From NCBI GenBank assembly GCA_051294905.1, contig CM119371.1:6946001-7010000 (forward strand): a stretch of DNA of 64,000 nt, read 5' to 3'. The notes beneath the pieces are model-generated. The model was not told where the DNA came from and did not search any database. It saw only the letters and a list, made by a program, of their open reading frames with translations. Below, one piece after another: positions 38,847 through 52,932 of this stretch (within the stretch, counting starts at the first letter, position 1; every line of letters begins with the position of its first letter). Origin of the DNA: Botryllus schlosseri (lineage: Eukaryota). A program made the translations under genes and the position numbers.

Positions 38847-40466
38847 CTATCTCTTCACAAATATGGATGTGTAACTTTCAAAACATTGATCCACTTTTGG
38901 TGTCACTATTGTCCATTTATCTTGTGATATATCATACTTTTCGATTGTATGAAAGGTTTTGAAATTTGGTACTGCAAAAATCCACTTGTCAATGTGATAC
39001 ACAGAAACCCAATCGTGAGAAGCATTCATAGAAGATAATGAAGTCCACTGAGCTGAAGTAACATCGTAACATTCTACGTTGTTGACTTCCTTTATTCCAC
39101 TCCATCCACCGATCACAAATATCTTTTGATCAACTGCAACAACACCACTCCCACTTACAGGATATCTCATTGGTTCGAGATCAACCCACTCTGATGAGGA
39201 TGGAGTGAATCTGCAGAATGTTGAAACTTCAACACCATCTTGTCCTGCACCTCCGATACAATAGATGGAATCATTCAATGATACGAGACTTGTTACACGA
39301 ATCGCAGTAGGTTTATCTTCTAATTGAATCCATTGATTCACGAGGGAAGTAAACATTTCCACATCACTTGTTGCTACATTATAACTTCCTCCGACAACGA
39401 ATATTGATCCCGACAAAGTAACTGAGCGAGGATCGGTTCCATGATCACAAATCATATCTTTCATCTTTTCCCATTTTGAATTTTTGTTCTTAAAATGAAG
39501 TCTATGAACTGATTTATCCTCACATAAAACGTAAATATAAGGGTCTAGAGAAATCGCCGAGAAAGGTTTTAAATGCCCAAACTTCTCATCATGAAACTTC
39601 TCCACTTTCTCAGTTACTGGATTGAAGGATTGGATACACTCTGCGCCATGATCAAAAAGAATTATCAATTCATTATCGCCAATTTCTTCGTTCATTTTGT
39701 GCGATGCCTTCATAAGATGCCCAGTGAGCAGCTTGTACAGTCCTAAGTCGTTACTGATGATTGGGTTTGATTCCAGAAGACGTTCTAAAAATGCCGGAGA
39801 GACTTTTTCAAACTTGATAGGTTCGAGACATTCGTGCAAATATTCTTGATTTTTTCCATTTTTCTCAATCCAATTGAACAATAACGTTAGTTTTTCTTCT
39901 TCGCATAAGTGTGATTTTTCCAACATCACAAATTTGAGGACGTTCGTTTTTTCGATATTTCCAAATTCAGGTTGGTTTGATATTTCCATGATATTTTCAA
40001 GAAAAAATATTCTACATCGCGTAGAGACGGCCTCCAGTCCATACATATCGGCGACATTTCTTGTGGAAAAGTAATTCTCTACATTAACTGATTCCTCCAA
40101 ATAGTCAGATACTGCTTGTTTGATGTCTTTCAACTGCATCATGATTGCGACATGAAGAAGATGATTCATCTTTTCATCAGGAATCTCAAATTTGCCCGAA
40201 TATATGAAATCGATGCAGTTTTTCACACATTGAGAATCGACCTCTTTCAGAATGACTTTTCCTTCGCGACTCTCTTTGGTGTCGTGCTTTAACATCGCTT
40301 TGAAGTAAGCACAACCAGCTGACAATACATTTCTGTGAGTGTAATAGACATCATCTCCCACTTGAATTATGAAATCACAATGATCGTTTTCCAGCTTCAT
40401 TCGATGTAATTCTTCCATCATCTTCACTGAATGTTGCTCTACATTTGGACACACAATCTGCACCAT
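38847..40466 (-). CDS. Kelch-like BTB-BACK-Kelch protein, copy 4 (539 aa)
   Basis: Uninterrupted ORF with the same domain motifs as copy 3. Confidence 0.95.
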   Translation of the reverse strand: MVQIVCPNVEQHSVKMMEELHRMKLENDHCDFIIQVGDDVYYTHRNVLSAGCAYFKAMLKHDTKESREGKVILKEVDSQCVKNCIDFIYSGKFEIPDEKMNHLLHVAIMMQLKDIKQAVSDYLEESVNVENYFSTRNVADMYGLEAVSTRCRIFFLENIMEISNQPEFGNIEKTNVLKFVMLEKSHLCEEEKLTLLFNWIEKNGKNQEYLHECLEPIKFEKVSPAFLERLLESNPIISNDLGLYKLLTGHLMKASHKMNEEIGDNELIILFDHGAECIQSFNPVTEKVEKFHDEKFGHLKPFSAISLDPYIYVLCEDKSVHRLHFKNKNSKWEKMKDMICDHGTDPRSVTLSGSIFVVGGSYNVATSDVEMFTSLVNQWIQLEDKPTAIRVTSLVSLNDSIYCIGGAGQDGVEVSTFCRFTPSSSEWVDLEPMRYPVSGSGVVAVDQKIFVIGGWSGIKEVNNVECYDVTSAQWTSLSSMNASHDWVSVYHIDKWIFAVPNFKTFHTIEKYDISQDKWTIVTPKVDQCFESYTSIFVKR

Positions 40467-43400
40467 GATTGCTAATCAAGCACAATATATAATGATCCTA
40501 CGATTATTATAATACAGTCAAACACTGTTATTGAAATAAAGATTAGTTAACTCAAGTAAAATACCTGTTGAAAGAATCATAAAACTTATTAAGGTCACAA
40601 GTTGAATGAATGAATTGAAGGAAAGTCAACTACACATAAGATGAACACTGAACGGTGCGAGTGCCAGTATCCATTGTATATTGATAGTTTGCACGATGAC
40701 ACGAACCAGGGACCTCGTGGATTATCACTAATCTAAATGTTATTTTGGAACCTTGTAGCATAATTTTATACTACGGTATATTCCAGGAATGGCCATATCG
40801 GTTCGAATGCTCGAACGAATTATCACGAAGCTCAGTCAAAACAGCCGCAACCCGAAAGGTCATGCTGGTTTCACTACGTGTTTGGAAACGAAATCAGCGA
40901 AGCATGTGGCGTGGCAGCGCCATCTGACGGATAATTAGTTATTGGATTTGGAGTGTAGCGGTTACTGACGGGGTAATTTCAAAACACCACAAACTGCGAT
41001 ACAGTGAAAAAAGAGGGTGTCGAATCAGACACCCAACAGGACCTAGGCGATTTAGAGAAGAGGCATGCACACTGAATGAAAAGTAAAGCAGAGAATGAAA
41101 AATGGCAAGCTAATCCCACAAAAGCCAAGCTACAATCTTTCGAAATATATGCAATTATGCATTCACGATGATGTAGGAGCTATTCAGTGCAGTTCTTATG
41201 ACTCATAAACATGTGGCAGATTGATCACAAAGCTATTTTCTACTTTTCCAAATCCAAAGTGTTTAGGTTTATTAGTTATGCATAAACAAAAGTCCAAGTA
41301 GAAGTGGAAGTAAAATGTCACAACTAGGGTATGTAGTGCAATTAAGGAAAACGTACCCAACTACTGTGAACGGGTGCGTTCTTCAGCAATATATTCAGTT
41401 ACGATAACCGGTATTTTTACGAGTTTCTTCTACAATTTCATTAACAAAACTAATCAATACTTTAAGCAATCAAGGTCAGGTTATATTTTCATCTGAACTA
41501 GACAAGACAGACACAATGCGACGTGATGAACAGATACGAAGATGACGAAAGACCAGTTGCGGTCTTGCCTTGTGTCCGATGTCGCAATTACCTTTTCGAT
41601 GTTATAGTCTCTATCCCGCGAGTCTTTCTAGCTCTTTCCATTCTTTGTGGATATTCACTCTTCTATCAGGTGTTTCTGGGCTTTTTTGTCGTCATATAGT
41701 GAGACCAGCGACGCGGAAGAAGAGGAGCCCATAATATGCTAACGCCCAGAGCGGAATCGAATATGGGCGCTTATCGTCACCACAACGGTATCTCCCCCGC
41801 TATTATGTGCCAGTTACCCAAAACTACTTTTTACTTTCCAAAACCAGGGATATCTGGAATTAGAACTCTATATATCCCTGTCCAAAACTCAAAGTAGTTT
41901 GCATATATTCTGTTCAAGTAGTAGATTCTACTAATGTTATAAAACAGTGGTTCTGAACCTTTTTTCCTCCAGCGCCCCCTTTCAAAGCTTTGAGTGCTAT
42001 AGCGCCCCCCACACCATATTTTAAAGACTGTGATAAAATCAATTGGTAAAAGGACAGGCCGTAACAGCTATTCGCTTGCCCCCTCAAAAAACGTTGGTCT
42101 TCGGCCCCGATTGGGGGATAAACCTAACTTCCGTGGAGCTTTCCCCAAGACCCAGCGTCGCGTGATTTTGATGTTGAGCAAAGTTTTAGGAGGCCTGGTC
42201 GCCCAGGCGCGAAACTTTTCTCTTTATGACGGATGAATGAATCGGACAAGAATTGTCCTTGTTATGACACATTCAGTCCTTCACAGAACTGTTACAACTC
42301 GACGGCGAGTTGGACTGGAGCAATAGCTGCGAGTAATGACTGACTGAGTATAATTAACTGGCTAATAAGTCCGGACACAGTAAGTTTCCCCTTGTGTGTA
42401 TTGTAGAATGTCGATCAAACAACCCAGACTATATCGTACCGCTAAAAAATACGCTGGCATATACTCTAAATGAGAAATTACATTAATTAGAGTCAGATTC
42501 AGAGCGGCACGGAAACCCTGTTTACGACACGACCGCTTTCGGAGGGAATGATTTGTGATCCAGTTTCTTCTCGCATGCGGCGAGGTGACTCGAGCGTAAC
42601 GAACCATTGATACAGACAAAAATTCACCGTGACAAGAATATTGGTGATTGCATATATATCGCTATCATTTCCTATCCTGTCAGCCCACGCCGTAAGATTC
42701 ACCGATATCTTTGAATGAGCTGTTGTCTTGGACAATGCATGCACGTAATTAATAATTCAATATATTCGGGCGGGCCCGTTGGTCAAATTACTTCGTTGCA
42801 TGTTGTTATTTTGTGAGCTATTATCCGCTGGCTATAATAGTCAAAAGATATTGAAATCGCATGAAGTACTAAACCAAGACAATGATATATATCATTGACC
42901 AAGATAAGCACACGATTCAAAATTGGTATTTCTTCAATAGCAAATAATTTTTCTTCGTTGGATGTTATTTGTCCTGTGGGGTTCAGATTGCCACGACATG
43001 ACTATTCGGCACGGGCCATTTAAACTCGACAATCAGACATATTTATATCTAAATTTACGGTCAACATGAGGGCAATTCTTTTCAGCAAATCTTTTTTCGT
43101 TGACGATGTCTTGGCACATTTCTCGGAGTCCCATATTGGCTGAAACTTCATATGTCTTCGTGCCTCGTGCCTCGCCGAAATGCCTATAACTATTTTCGAT
43201 AAATAATGCGTCTTTTTTCGTGGGGGAAGGGTACCCAATATTTAAAACTTTGACAACGGTAATTCAAGCGTAGCGCGAAAAACTTGTATAAACCGTCAGA
43301 AATTGATGTGTAATTTTTGAGAGAACATATATGTAGCCAACATCGTCGAAAAATTTCAAGATTTGACACCTTTTGTCGAATCTTAATTTGCTCTGAAAAC

Positions 43401-43494
43401 TCGTTTACTATACTGCACCATCTGCTGCGAAGCCATTTTGCTCCAGCGCCCCCCGTACCGCCCCCTTCAAAATCAGAATAAGCAACAGATGGAC

Positions 43495-46400
43495 AAAAGG
43501 CAGAGATATATTGAATTTCAAGCCTAACCTGAACAAAGTCATGTCTTGAATTTAGCTCCTCCAAAGCGTCAGGTCCAGCAAACAACATCCCAATATTATT
43601 CAAAACACTGATACAAAGTGAAGATGTCGAACTAGCTGTCGTAACGAGAGCGAAAGTATCAAAACTTCTGTACAAACATCTGTACACGGTAGGGGTCTCT
43701 GTACATAGTAAATATTAGAATGTGCAACCTAAATTGCTGTAATCCCTGTCAAGAAAGAAACCGTATTTTGGCTTTGGAGATAGGGAGGGTTAACATATCT
43801 GCGAAAAGCAGCGCTTCCTGTACTTTTCATAGATGTGGCCCAATTTCCATTTTGCAAAGATGCCATAACCCACCACTCAGCCTCAATCTCCTTTCAAGAG
43901 GCGGCGATACGTCAGGTTTAGGACTAACAGTTCATATCAAATCATAACAAGTTCTCATGAGCCCAAGAATGGCAAATGTATGTATCGAAAGCTTGGCTGG
44001 TTTTGAACTATACAGTTCTTCTGTAGCCGTCACAGCAAAACCGGAAATTAGACTGGAAGATTTCCAAACTTATATTAAAAATTAGAGCAAGAAACATTTC
44101 ACAGATTAAATTAAAGTCAGATTACTGGCATTTTCCTCTAATTAGTCGAATAAGCCAATTAAAACTATCCAGTTGTCCAAGTCTGTCTGGACCGTACAAG
44201 CCTTTTTGGGTCAATTGTTTGATTCGGGGGTCCGACTTGGATTATTACTTGGTGCCTGCAGTGCGCTTCACCCGGTCACTAGATGTCGACAAAAGTGAAG
44301 TAGGCGCTTTTCGTAATGAGTTTTCCCTCGACAGATTTGAAATTTTGTTGGTGTCTGATTCCGTCGTTGTGACAACTTGCGACCCAGGTAAGGGGTCTGA
44401 GGTTTGAATTTTACGAATTCCTAATTTGATTGAGCCGACACATTCTTCCTCGCTTTGGAACGTCGCACAGGATCGGGCAGGTTCACGTCCTATTCGATCT
44501 GCAAAAATAGTAGGGGGTCAGTCAATACTAGTATTGGAATCACAGGATTTTAAGATATATTCCTGATCCTGATTCAGGGATTAACTGTATTGAAATACCG
44601 GGATACCGGGAAAGCATCTATCAGAGCAGAAGCGGCGCTAACTCTGCTATAAAAACAGCGTTACAATAACAATTAACAATCTTCAACACTCTACATAGCC
44701 GTGGTAATAATACCAACTATGGCACAACAATAAACTACGCCAGTGGTCTTCAATCGTTTTCGTAATGGTACACCATTTTAAAGGTCACTCAAAACTTGTA
44801 CATCCCAGTTCACATAATGCGTCGAATCCGTAGTAATCGTGATCAGAAGAGGCTGCAATCTATTAGAAATACGAATGCAAAAAACAAATCAGCGCTCTAG
44901 ATCACCGCTCACGGTATAACAATGGTTTTCAACCGAGGTCTACGAAACATAAATATAATTTGTGATATTCATATATATAATTTTTGCTTCATAACTGCTA
45001 AAACTTGATGGCTTACATCAGCCGATTGAGACAAGATATCAAACTTTCCAGGCTCGTTTTGATTGCCCGCAAACCCTTTAGTCGACCATTGTCACAAACA
45101 TTGGGCTGTTTTGTTTAGGTTTATGAAATAACTGAAAATTTGAAAAAAAAGGGTCAAACAGAGTATCCATAATCAGAAATCGCGTAAGCGATGATATTCT
45201 CGCTGCTCTCACGATTTTACGTCGGATTACAATGAATGAATGTGGCTTGAGAGTGTATATTTCTACATCACTGGGTTAAGGGGTAAAATACCTATCCTTG
45301 GTTTTAAATTTTAATCCAGAAATCACAACCCTAGTCAATACACGCATGCATTCAGTGTGGGACGATCCCCATAAAGTCGTCATCTTTCGTGGGTATCGCA
45401 CTTATTTTGGTAGCCCACAGTGAAAGAAAAATTGCACGGATGATAGGAATCTGATCTTCTACTTTTCAAAGTTCTTCAAGTAGGCTTTGTCTGCTTCTAC
45501 AACTACCTCAAGTGATTAGTTTTTATACTCTTACACTTCTACTTAACGGATTTTTAGGAAAAACTAGTTGCTTGTGGGAATAATTTTTGTGATACTTGCA
45601 ATTCTTACTCGAGTGGCAACAACTTCAAACTTACAGTTTTTTTCGGCAAACTAGGCCTACACTTCACTTATTTGGAGATTTCTACTTCTACTTGCACTGG
45701 AGTAGAAATTTACAACACTGCTTATCCTTTTATTCGAGTAGCGACGATGAATACTTTGACATCTGATCCTGAAACAGCAATGTCGATTCACCACCAACCC
45801 CAACCTCCACCCACCTATTTACATCGGGATCAACTGACTCTTCACATAGGCACTCGAAGCAACGGTGGGACATGGAAAACTTCCTGTTGGATCACCCGCA
45901 GCTAGTAGGGCGACCTTTGACCACTTGGGTGCCGTGTCGGAAATCCATCCCGAACGAGGTCGATGCTGGAATAAAAGGGGGCAAGTTTTTTTTTCGGGCA
46001 ACACTGAGCAAATCGTGACACTGACTCGAATACAATCAAAATTGTAAATACATAGTGTCTTCAAAATTAGATTATAAGTAAAATGATAGCTACATATTAT
46101 TTCCAAATGAGATTAAAAACAGAATTATATGTATATAGCTAACAGACTTTACCTATGTCCGAATTTACTGGAAAACAGTGCACAATATTTATTGCATGAT
46201 TTCTTTGTCAAATCAGAATGAGTAAATGCTGGACGTAGGCGTAGGTACGGTGTAATAACTGGTGTGCCATGCGAAGGATAGCAAAATATTACAAGAAATG
46301 ACATAATGGTATGGAAATGCATTCGATTTGCACTGCTTCATTTCACACTGATATTGTCAACCTTTCCACTAGTCATCTTGAACTGAATAGAGCACAAAAA

Positions 46401-47900
46401 TGCTCTCTCAAAGCATAGTCTTTTATATTTTATTGCCTTTTATGTACAGCGCCCCAGTGTAGTAATGATATATTGTTATATTAGGCGCTCTATAATTTAT
46501 TATATTAATATTATAGAAAATATTTTACTGTGCACAGGGGCGCGTTTCACTTCGATTTACTCATTTATCTTTATGGTATCAAATGGACGTCGTCGGGTGC
46601 GTTAAAACCATTTACGTAGGTTTGCTTGATCATTACACATTGCCCAGAGTCAATGGAATTGCCCATCACACAGAAGAGGTCAACCACAATCGCCACTAAT
46701 CGATACAGAATAGGCCCAGTGCATGAACGCATGTCTTTAAACAAGTTTTCAAGGAGAGCATGCTGTAAGCGTGAGGATTCGTCAATTAGCAAGTAGCCAT
46801 TGGACAGATTGTGTATTATTTAAGTGAAATTTGTTGCGCTTACTAGTGATAAAGAATATCATTTCAAAACTCCTAACTATTTGCATCGCTATTCTCCATT
46901 ATGCATTACTTGCAAATATTGTTAGTGCTATCACTGGTAATTGGCTAACAAAGCCTGCGACTCAACTTTGTAAAGGTCCTTATTTCGGTTCTTTTCTGAT
47001 CTTGCTCCTTGACTTTTACTTCATGTAGTTTTGACAGCTCTCGTGAATTTTTATTTTACTTCTTATTGAATATAAATTCCGCGGATGACTTCAACTTGAA
47101 CTGATGAGTTGGCGCAATATTAGAACGTTGGATTCTCGATCGGTTGGCAGAGGTTGTGAACGTAGTCTGCGTGACTACTCTAGTGAAAGTAGAAGTAATA
47201 TTGTAGACTGCTAGCTAAACACAAGTAGGCTAGAAGTGGCGAATTCCAAGACGTGTTAAAAGTACTTCAAGTGGACCAAAATATTGTAGATTTGGTCGAT
47301 TGCTTGCATACATTTAGCCATTAATCATAGACACGGCTAGTTTCGAAATTGCAAGTTGTATCCTCGCGATCAACACAAGATGACGAGCTACGGACGCACA
47401 GCCGAGCCGCCGAAAACTGCATTTTTCTTATTCGGGCTTTTTATTTTGTCAAAGTCGCATACATGGAGTTTAGTGCAATGCCTTGGATCACGTTTGCAGA
47501 CCTAGGGGATTTGAGATGCGATATTTGACTCGTTTTTTTTTTTGGGGGGGGGGAGGCATACTCATAGCAGTTTATCGGCGGTGACTACTTTAGAAATTGG
47601 ATTGCAATCCATTCATTCATAAAAAGGATCTAAATATAAATCTATAATGTAAAAAGTAAGCAGTTTTACCGAAAAACTTATATAGAAGCTGAAGTAACCA
47701 AAAACCCTCAAGTAAGTCGTAAAAGTAGGTAAAACCGACTTGTGTACCTTTGGATATGAGCTGGTAATTGCAATGTGAATAGAATACCAATGTCCGTGTC
47801 CATCCTAATTATGGGTTTAAAATCGCAGCCCGATAAAACTCCCTCGAATGACTATTGATAAACTTGTTTGACTCTGATCCCAAAAAAAACTTTGCCTGTT
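43495..47900 (+). pseudogene. Decayed plus-strand gene, copy D1 (partial)
   Basis: YLVPAVRFTRSLDV...SDSVVVTTCDPG (44219 ORF) and ATFDHLGAVSEIHPERGRCWNKRG (45865 ORF) match copies B and D2. Confidence 0.45.
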
Positions 47901-48262
47901 ACCGATCACAAAGTGGGTAAAATTCACCGGTTTTTGAGAATTCGATGTGTGGCTATGTTACGGCCTTCTAATGACAATTTCACTCATAAAAATGATCCCA
48001 ATTATCCAAAAGCTACTTTCTACTTTCCAAAACCCAATGTGTGAAAAGTAGTTTGTATATAATCTGCTCAAGTAGTTGCTGTTACTAATGGTATAAAAAG
48101 ATAGCCACTTCAGTACTCCCCTAAAGTGGTAGTACATTGTTATAGACCCCCTCTGGCAATATGTCAAAAAGATTATATGGAGCCGCGTGGACTCTCTCTC
48201 TCTCTTATACTGTAAAATCTGCATTCACCGTGTACCCTTTCTTATTCATGGTTGTCCTAAAT

Positions 48263-48508
48263 CAGGGTCGGGCAACATGCGGCCTGCAGACAGCTTCCGG
48301 TCGTATACGATAATGTCGCCGTCGTCTACATTCACCCGCAAGCCATCGTTTTCGACCATGCTTTACTCTCAAAGTTTATATTATGAATGATTTGTTCCTT
48401 GTATAGGTGGATAAAGACGCGATTGATGTATCGATTCAGCAACTCGGTACGCCAAGTACTTCATTTTTCTATATCCGGCCCGACGAACGGAGAAGTTGCC
48501 CGCCCCCG
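48263..48508. mobile_element. hAT/Charlie-like MITE
   Basis: CAGGGTCGGGCAAC / GTTGCCCGCCCCCG termini, TSD TCCTAAAT / TTCTAAAT. Confidence 0.75.
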
Positions 48509-49014
48509 TTCTAAATAGTCACAGCATATTAATCAGGTTGACAACTCGCTAGATTCCCAATTTCATGCTTTCAACACAGTTTATCTTTTACAAACTGTAG
48601 ACAAGTAAGAAACCCAATTATGCGCGATAAGCAACAGATATAACGAAGACAGAGAGACATTGAATTTCAAACTTAACCTGCACATGAACACAGTCGTTTT
48701 AAATTTCATGTTGATATATTTTAAAAACCTGCAATGCCAATGCCTCAGGTTCCGCATACAACAACCCAATATTATTCAAACCACCGAGGCAAAGGGCGAG
48801 AGAATCAAAAATTCTGTACAATCATCTGTACACAGCAAGTATAAAAATGTGCAACCCAAACTGCAGTTTCCCTAAGTCAAGAATGAGACCCGTGTTTCGG
48901 CTTTGGGAATAGTGAGCGTTAACATATCTGCAAAAGTAATGGTTCTTGTCCTTTTTCATAAACATGGCCCAATTTCAATTCTGCAAAAAAATATTCCGCG
49001 ACCCACCACACGGC

Positions 49015-49342
49015 GGTTCTATACCAATACCGAGAAAACCATTACCGAGAATGGCCAATGTCAAGAATATAGCTTACTGGGACTGACGTTGCTGAGAAAT
49101 GTATACCTGAGCATCGATACCCAATGTGGCAACGCCGTGATGCACTCCCACGACCTGTGCATATGCATAACATGCCTGCATTGCATATATTGCATTCTCA
49201 GTAATGTCCATTCTCGGTGGTGTCCATTCTCGGTAATGTCCATTCTCTGTGGTGTCCATTCTCGGTAATGTCCATTCTCGGTGGTGTCCATTCTCGGTAA
49301 TGGCATTCTCGGTAATGGTTTTCTCGGTATTGTCCGGACACC
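49015..49342. mobile_element. Mutator-like MITE with ~15-bp tandem repeats in its inverted ends
   Basis: Perfect 9-bp TSD CCACACGGC (49006-49014, 49343-49351). CAATACCGAGAAAACCATTACCGAGAATG is inverted at the right end. CCATTCTCGGT repeats at 49195-49330. Confidence 0.8.
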
Positions 49343-50844
49343 CCACACGGCCTCAAGTCTCCTTTCAAGCGGCGGCAATATGGCAGGTTTAGGCCTAGCA
49401 GTTCATATCAAATCATAGTACGTTGTCACGAGCAGGATGGGGAATATACGTATCGCAAGCTTGGCTCGTTTCCAACTACACGGTTATTCTGTAGCCTGTA
49501 CAAAAGCACCGGAAATTAGAGTGGAACATTTCCCAAATTAGATTATATTCAGATTACCGGCATTTCGCTCTAATGAGACAAAACACACAGCTGAAATTTT
49601 TCAAGTCTGTCTGGATCGTCTCCGCCTTTTCGGTTCAACTGTTTGATTTTTGGGTCCGACTTGGAATATAAATTGGGGCCAGCAGTGCGCTTCGCCCTGT
49701 CACTGGATATCGGCATAATGAAGTAAGCGCTTTCCGTTTAGAAATTCTCCCTCGACAAATTCAAGTTTTTGTCGTCGTCTGATTCCGTCGTCGTGACAGC
49801 CTGTGACCAAGGGAAGGGGTCCGTGGTTTGAATTTTGCGACTTCTTCGTTAAATTGAGCCGCCACATTCTTATTCGCTTTGGAACATTGCGCAGAACTTG
49901 CCGGTCTGCAAAAAATAGTAGGGGGTCAGTCAATACTAGTATTGAAATCCCGGGATTTTAAGGTATATTCTGGTTGCGATCCCGGGCTCAACTTCATCGA
50001 AATCCCGGGATTTCTCAAAAGCATCTACCAGGCCTTAAACTACTTCCACGTAAGTTTTTTTTTCGGCAAAACTAAGCCTACAATCCTTCACTTTTTTACT
50101 TATTTGGAAATTTCTACTTCTCCTTGTACTTTGATAAAAATTTGCGACACTACTAATCCTTCCATTTGAGTACCGACGATAAATACTTTAACCACTTCTG
50201 CTCCTGAAACAGCGATGTCGAATCACCTCCAACCCCAACCTTCACCCACATTCGTCCCCCCCCCTTCACACATCGGGATCAACTGACTTTTCCTGTAGGC
50301 ATCCGAACCGTCGGTGGGACCTGGGACACTTTCTGTTGGAACACTCCCAGCCAGTGGGCCGACCTTTGACCAGTTGGGTGACGTGCAGGAAATCCAACCT
50401 GAATGAGGGTGACGCTGGAATAAAAGGGGTTCAGTTTTTTCGTTCAACCCGGAGCATGTGACAGTGACTCGATTACAAATATAATTGTAAATAGTGTTTT
50501 ACAAATTAGATTAGCATTAAAACGATAGCTACAGTTTTTCCCAGAGTAGATTAAAATTGGAATTACTGAATTTGCTAAAACTTGGGCATTGAATGAAGTT
50601 AAGTTCATCAGAGTTCGTTCGCATAATCACGAGAAAGGCAAATGTCGATACAGCAAGCTTGGATTGCTTCAGAAATACGGTTCTCTATCATTTTCAGGAA
50701 AACCAGAAAATATATTAGAGATAGTGTTTGAGCATAGAAACATTTTACAAATCATATTAGAATTATGTAGTTGTCCAAGTCTGCACATGTGTCGTCACTA
50801 ACGAAGCTTTACGTTTTCGAAGTACTAGAGTGGTTTACCTAAAC

Positions 50845-51569
50845 CAGGGCTGGCCAACCTTTTTGGCCAAAGGGCCACATTCGAGTGACGAAATTTTGCG
50901 CGGGCAACTATCCACGCGAAGCGCGAAAATTGTTTGAAGTTCATAGGTCAATAATATTGTCACTTGACTATAAAACGGGCCCGCTGTATATCGCTGCGCT
51001 AAGTTTGCGAGGACTGGGCTATTCGGCGCATGGACATATCGATATCGAAAGCTGTGACCAACATGCGTCAATCATTTCGTGCCTAGGTTTCATATAGTCG
51101 ACGGTCTTACTGCGAGCGCAAACGCAAGGTCACATATGTTGCACAACACTTTGTCTCGTAATCCAGAATATAGTTAGACTCAATCTGATACATTAGGTGT
51201 TCTTCCATTTTCACGAAAGGGCAACAATATTAAAAACAAGAAATCGAGTGACAACATATTCTGCTAAGCTTGTAGAAAATTTTTACCTTTGATAACTATA
51301 TCGCAAATTATTCTGCTTTATTGTAGCGTACGTAGATATACCAATATGTAATGGCTGATGGATCTGTCAATGCGTCGTAACTGATCTGTTAATCATCACA
51401 TCTCAAGTATTGCGGCCAGACTAATCAAATTTTTGATTGGTATTGCAAGTTCAAAATCTGTGAAATCCATTTTTGATGATATTAGAAATTTTGGAAATTA
51501 CCTTGCAGGCTACTCAAAACCTTCTTGAGGGCCACATGTGGCCCGCGGGCAACGGGTTGGCCGGCCCTG
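50845..51569. mobile_element. hAT/Charlie-like non-autonomous element
   Basis: TIRs CAGGGCTGGCCAACC / GGTTGGCCGGCCCTG. Perfect TSD ACCTAAAC (50837-50844, 51570-51577). Confidence 0.9.
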
Positions 51570-52442
51570 ACCTAAACTTTTATATATTTTCCGCTTCTTT
51601 TAGTTTTACTTTGTCATGTTTCGTGACTTCCAACTTTTTTCTATTGACAGTTTGTCAAATAGAAGTGTCACATTCTTCCAATAAGAGAATAGAGTGACCA
51701 AGATTAAGAAATTCAGGCGCTGCTTTTGCGAAGAGCCCTGACTTTTTGTGGTGCTACGCGCGGATATACGGGTTGACCAATATCATTCCACTAAAGTGTG
51801 GGTCAATAAAATTAATGTTGCAGTCTGCGTGATTCATGTGCGTAGTTTCAGGTCGCCTAGTTGCCATTTAGCAGTTTCATGACATTAAGCTTGACTAAAG
51901 TTCAGCAAAACCTTTGTAATTATACGACCTGCCTTATTTAAGTTTGCTTCCTATTAGCTCAAAACATCAATGTAGTGTCCTGGTAGAATTTATCTACATC
52001 GGTCATTGTCTTATTTAGTAAATGCATTGCAATACAACTGAGGGCGCCACATTATCACATTTTCTGAAAGGGGGCACTTGGATGACAAAGAGGTCAAGAG
52101 CCCCTGTTCTATAGCAATGGTGTCATTTGTAGGCTATCACATGATAATTCGAATCCTCATGCTGTTAAAACATATATCTCCTGGGATGTAGCAACACGAA
52201 CCAACCTCTCTGCACCGTCAGATTCCATGTTTCGAGAGTGTAGTTATGACGAATTTTCAAAACTGCTAACATACTTCAGTAGTTTCGAAAGACAGCAAAT
52301 TCTACTTCTACCTGAAGTAGGTCACTTATGGGTTACTTGGAACTGCACTACTCCTACTCATACTTGAGTGAAATATGCATCACTACTTCTACTTGAGTAG
52401 TCTTCTTGACTACTTTGACAACTTCTGATCATGCATGTGAAC

Positions 52443-52932
52443 TAGGGCTGTTCCAAAATATATTTTTCGGATTCTCGGGATTCACTGATTACATCGTAAA
52501 GTTGCCTAAAAAAGGCTGCACACCAAATTTGGCTCGATTCCAACCAGCCGAAGCCGTGGCAGAGCGAATTGAAGTTTTTGAGTTTATTTTAAAAAATGAT
52601 TTTTATAAGTTTTAGATTTGCAAAAATAGCATTTATGGTGGGTAATCCCAGAATGATTGATAAAAAACTCAACTTCTCTTCTACCGGTTGAGATTGCGTC
52701 AAATTTGTTTTGCAACGATTTCGTAGACAACTCAACCATTTCATGAGGTTAACAGCAGAAAATAAAAAAAAAAGATTCAAATTTTTCTAATTAATCGTAA
52801 ATTTCAATTGACTTTGCCTCGACTTCTACTGGTATGAATTGAGACAAATTTGGTGTGCTGTTTTTTTTATGCACACTAACATTTTAATCAGCGAATCCTC
52901 GGGATACGGAAAAGTTATTGTGAACAACCCTA
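52443..52932. mobile_element. MITE family A, shared ancestral insertion
   Basis: TAGGGCTGTTC / GAACAACCCTA termini, palindromic interior. Confidence 0.8.

Noticed and set aside
41945..43490. Unique segment with several short ORFs (including 43190-43687, 165 aa)
   Set aside because: No recognisable domain. It begins with a hAT-like end and is probably composite TE debris, but I could not define boundaries.
49061..49378. ORFs with TENGH / PRMD repeats
   Set aside because: They arise from the 15-bp tandem repeats of a Mutator-like MITE.
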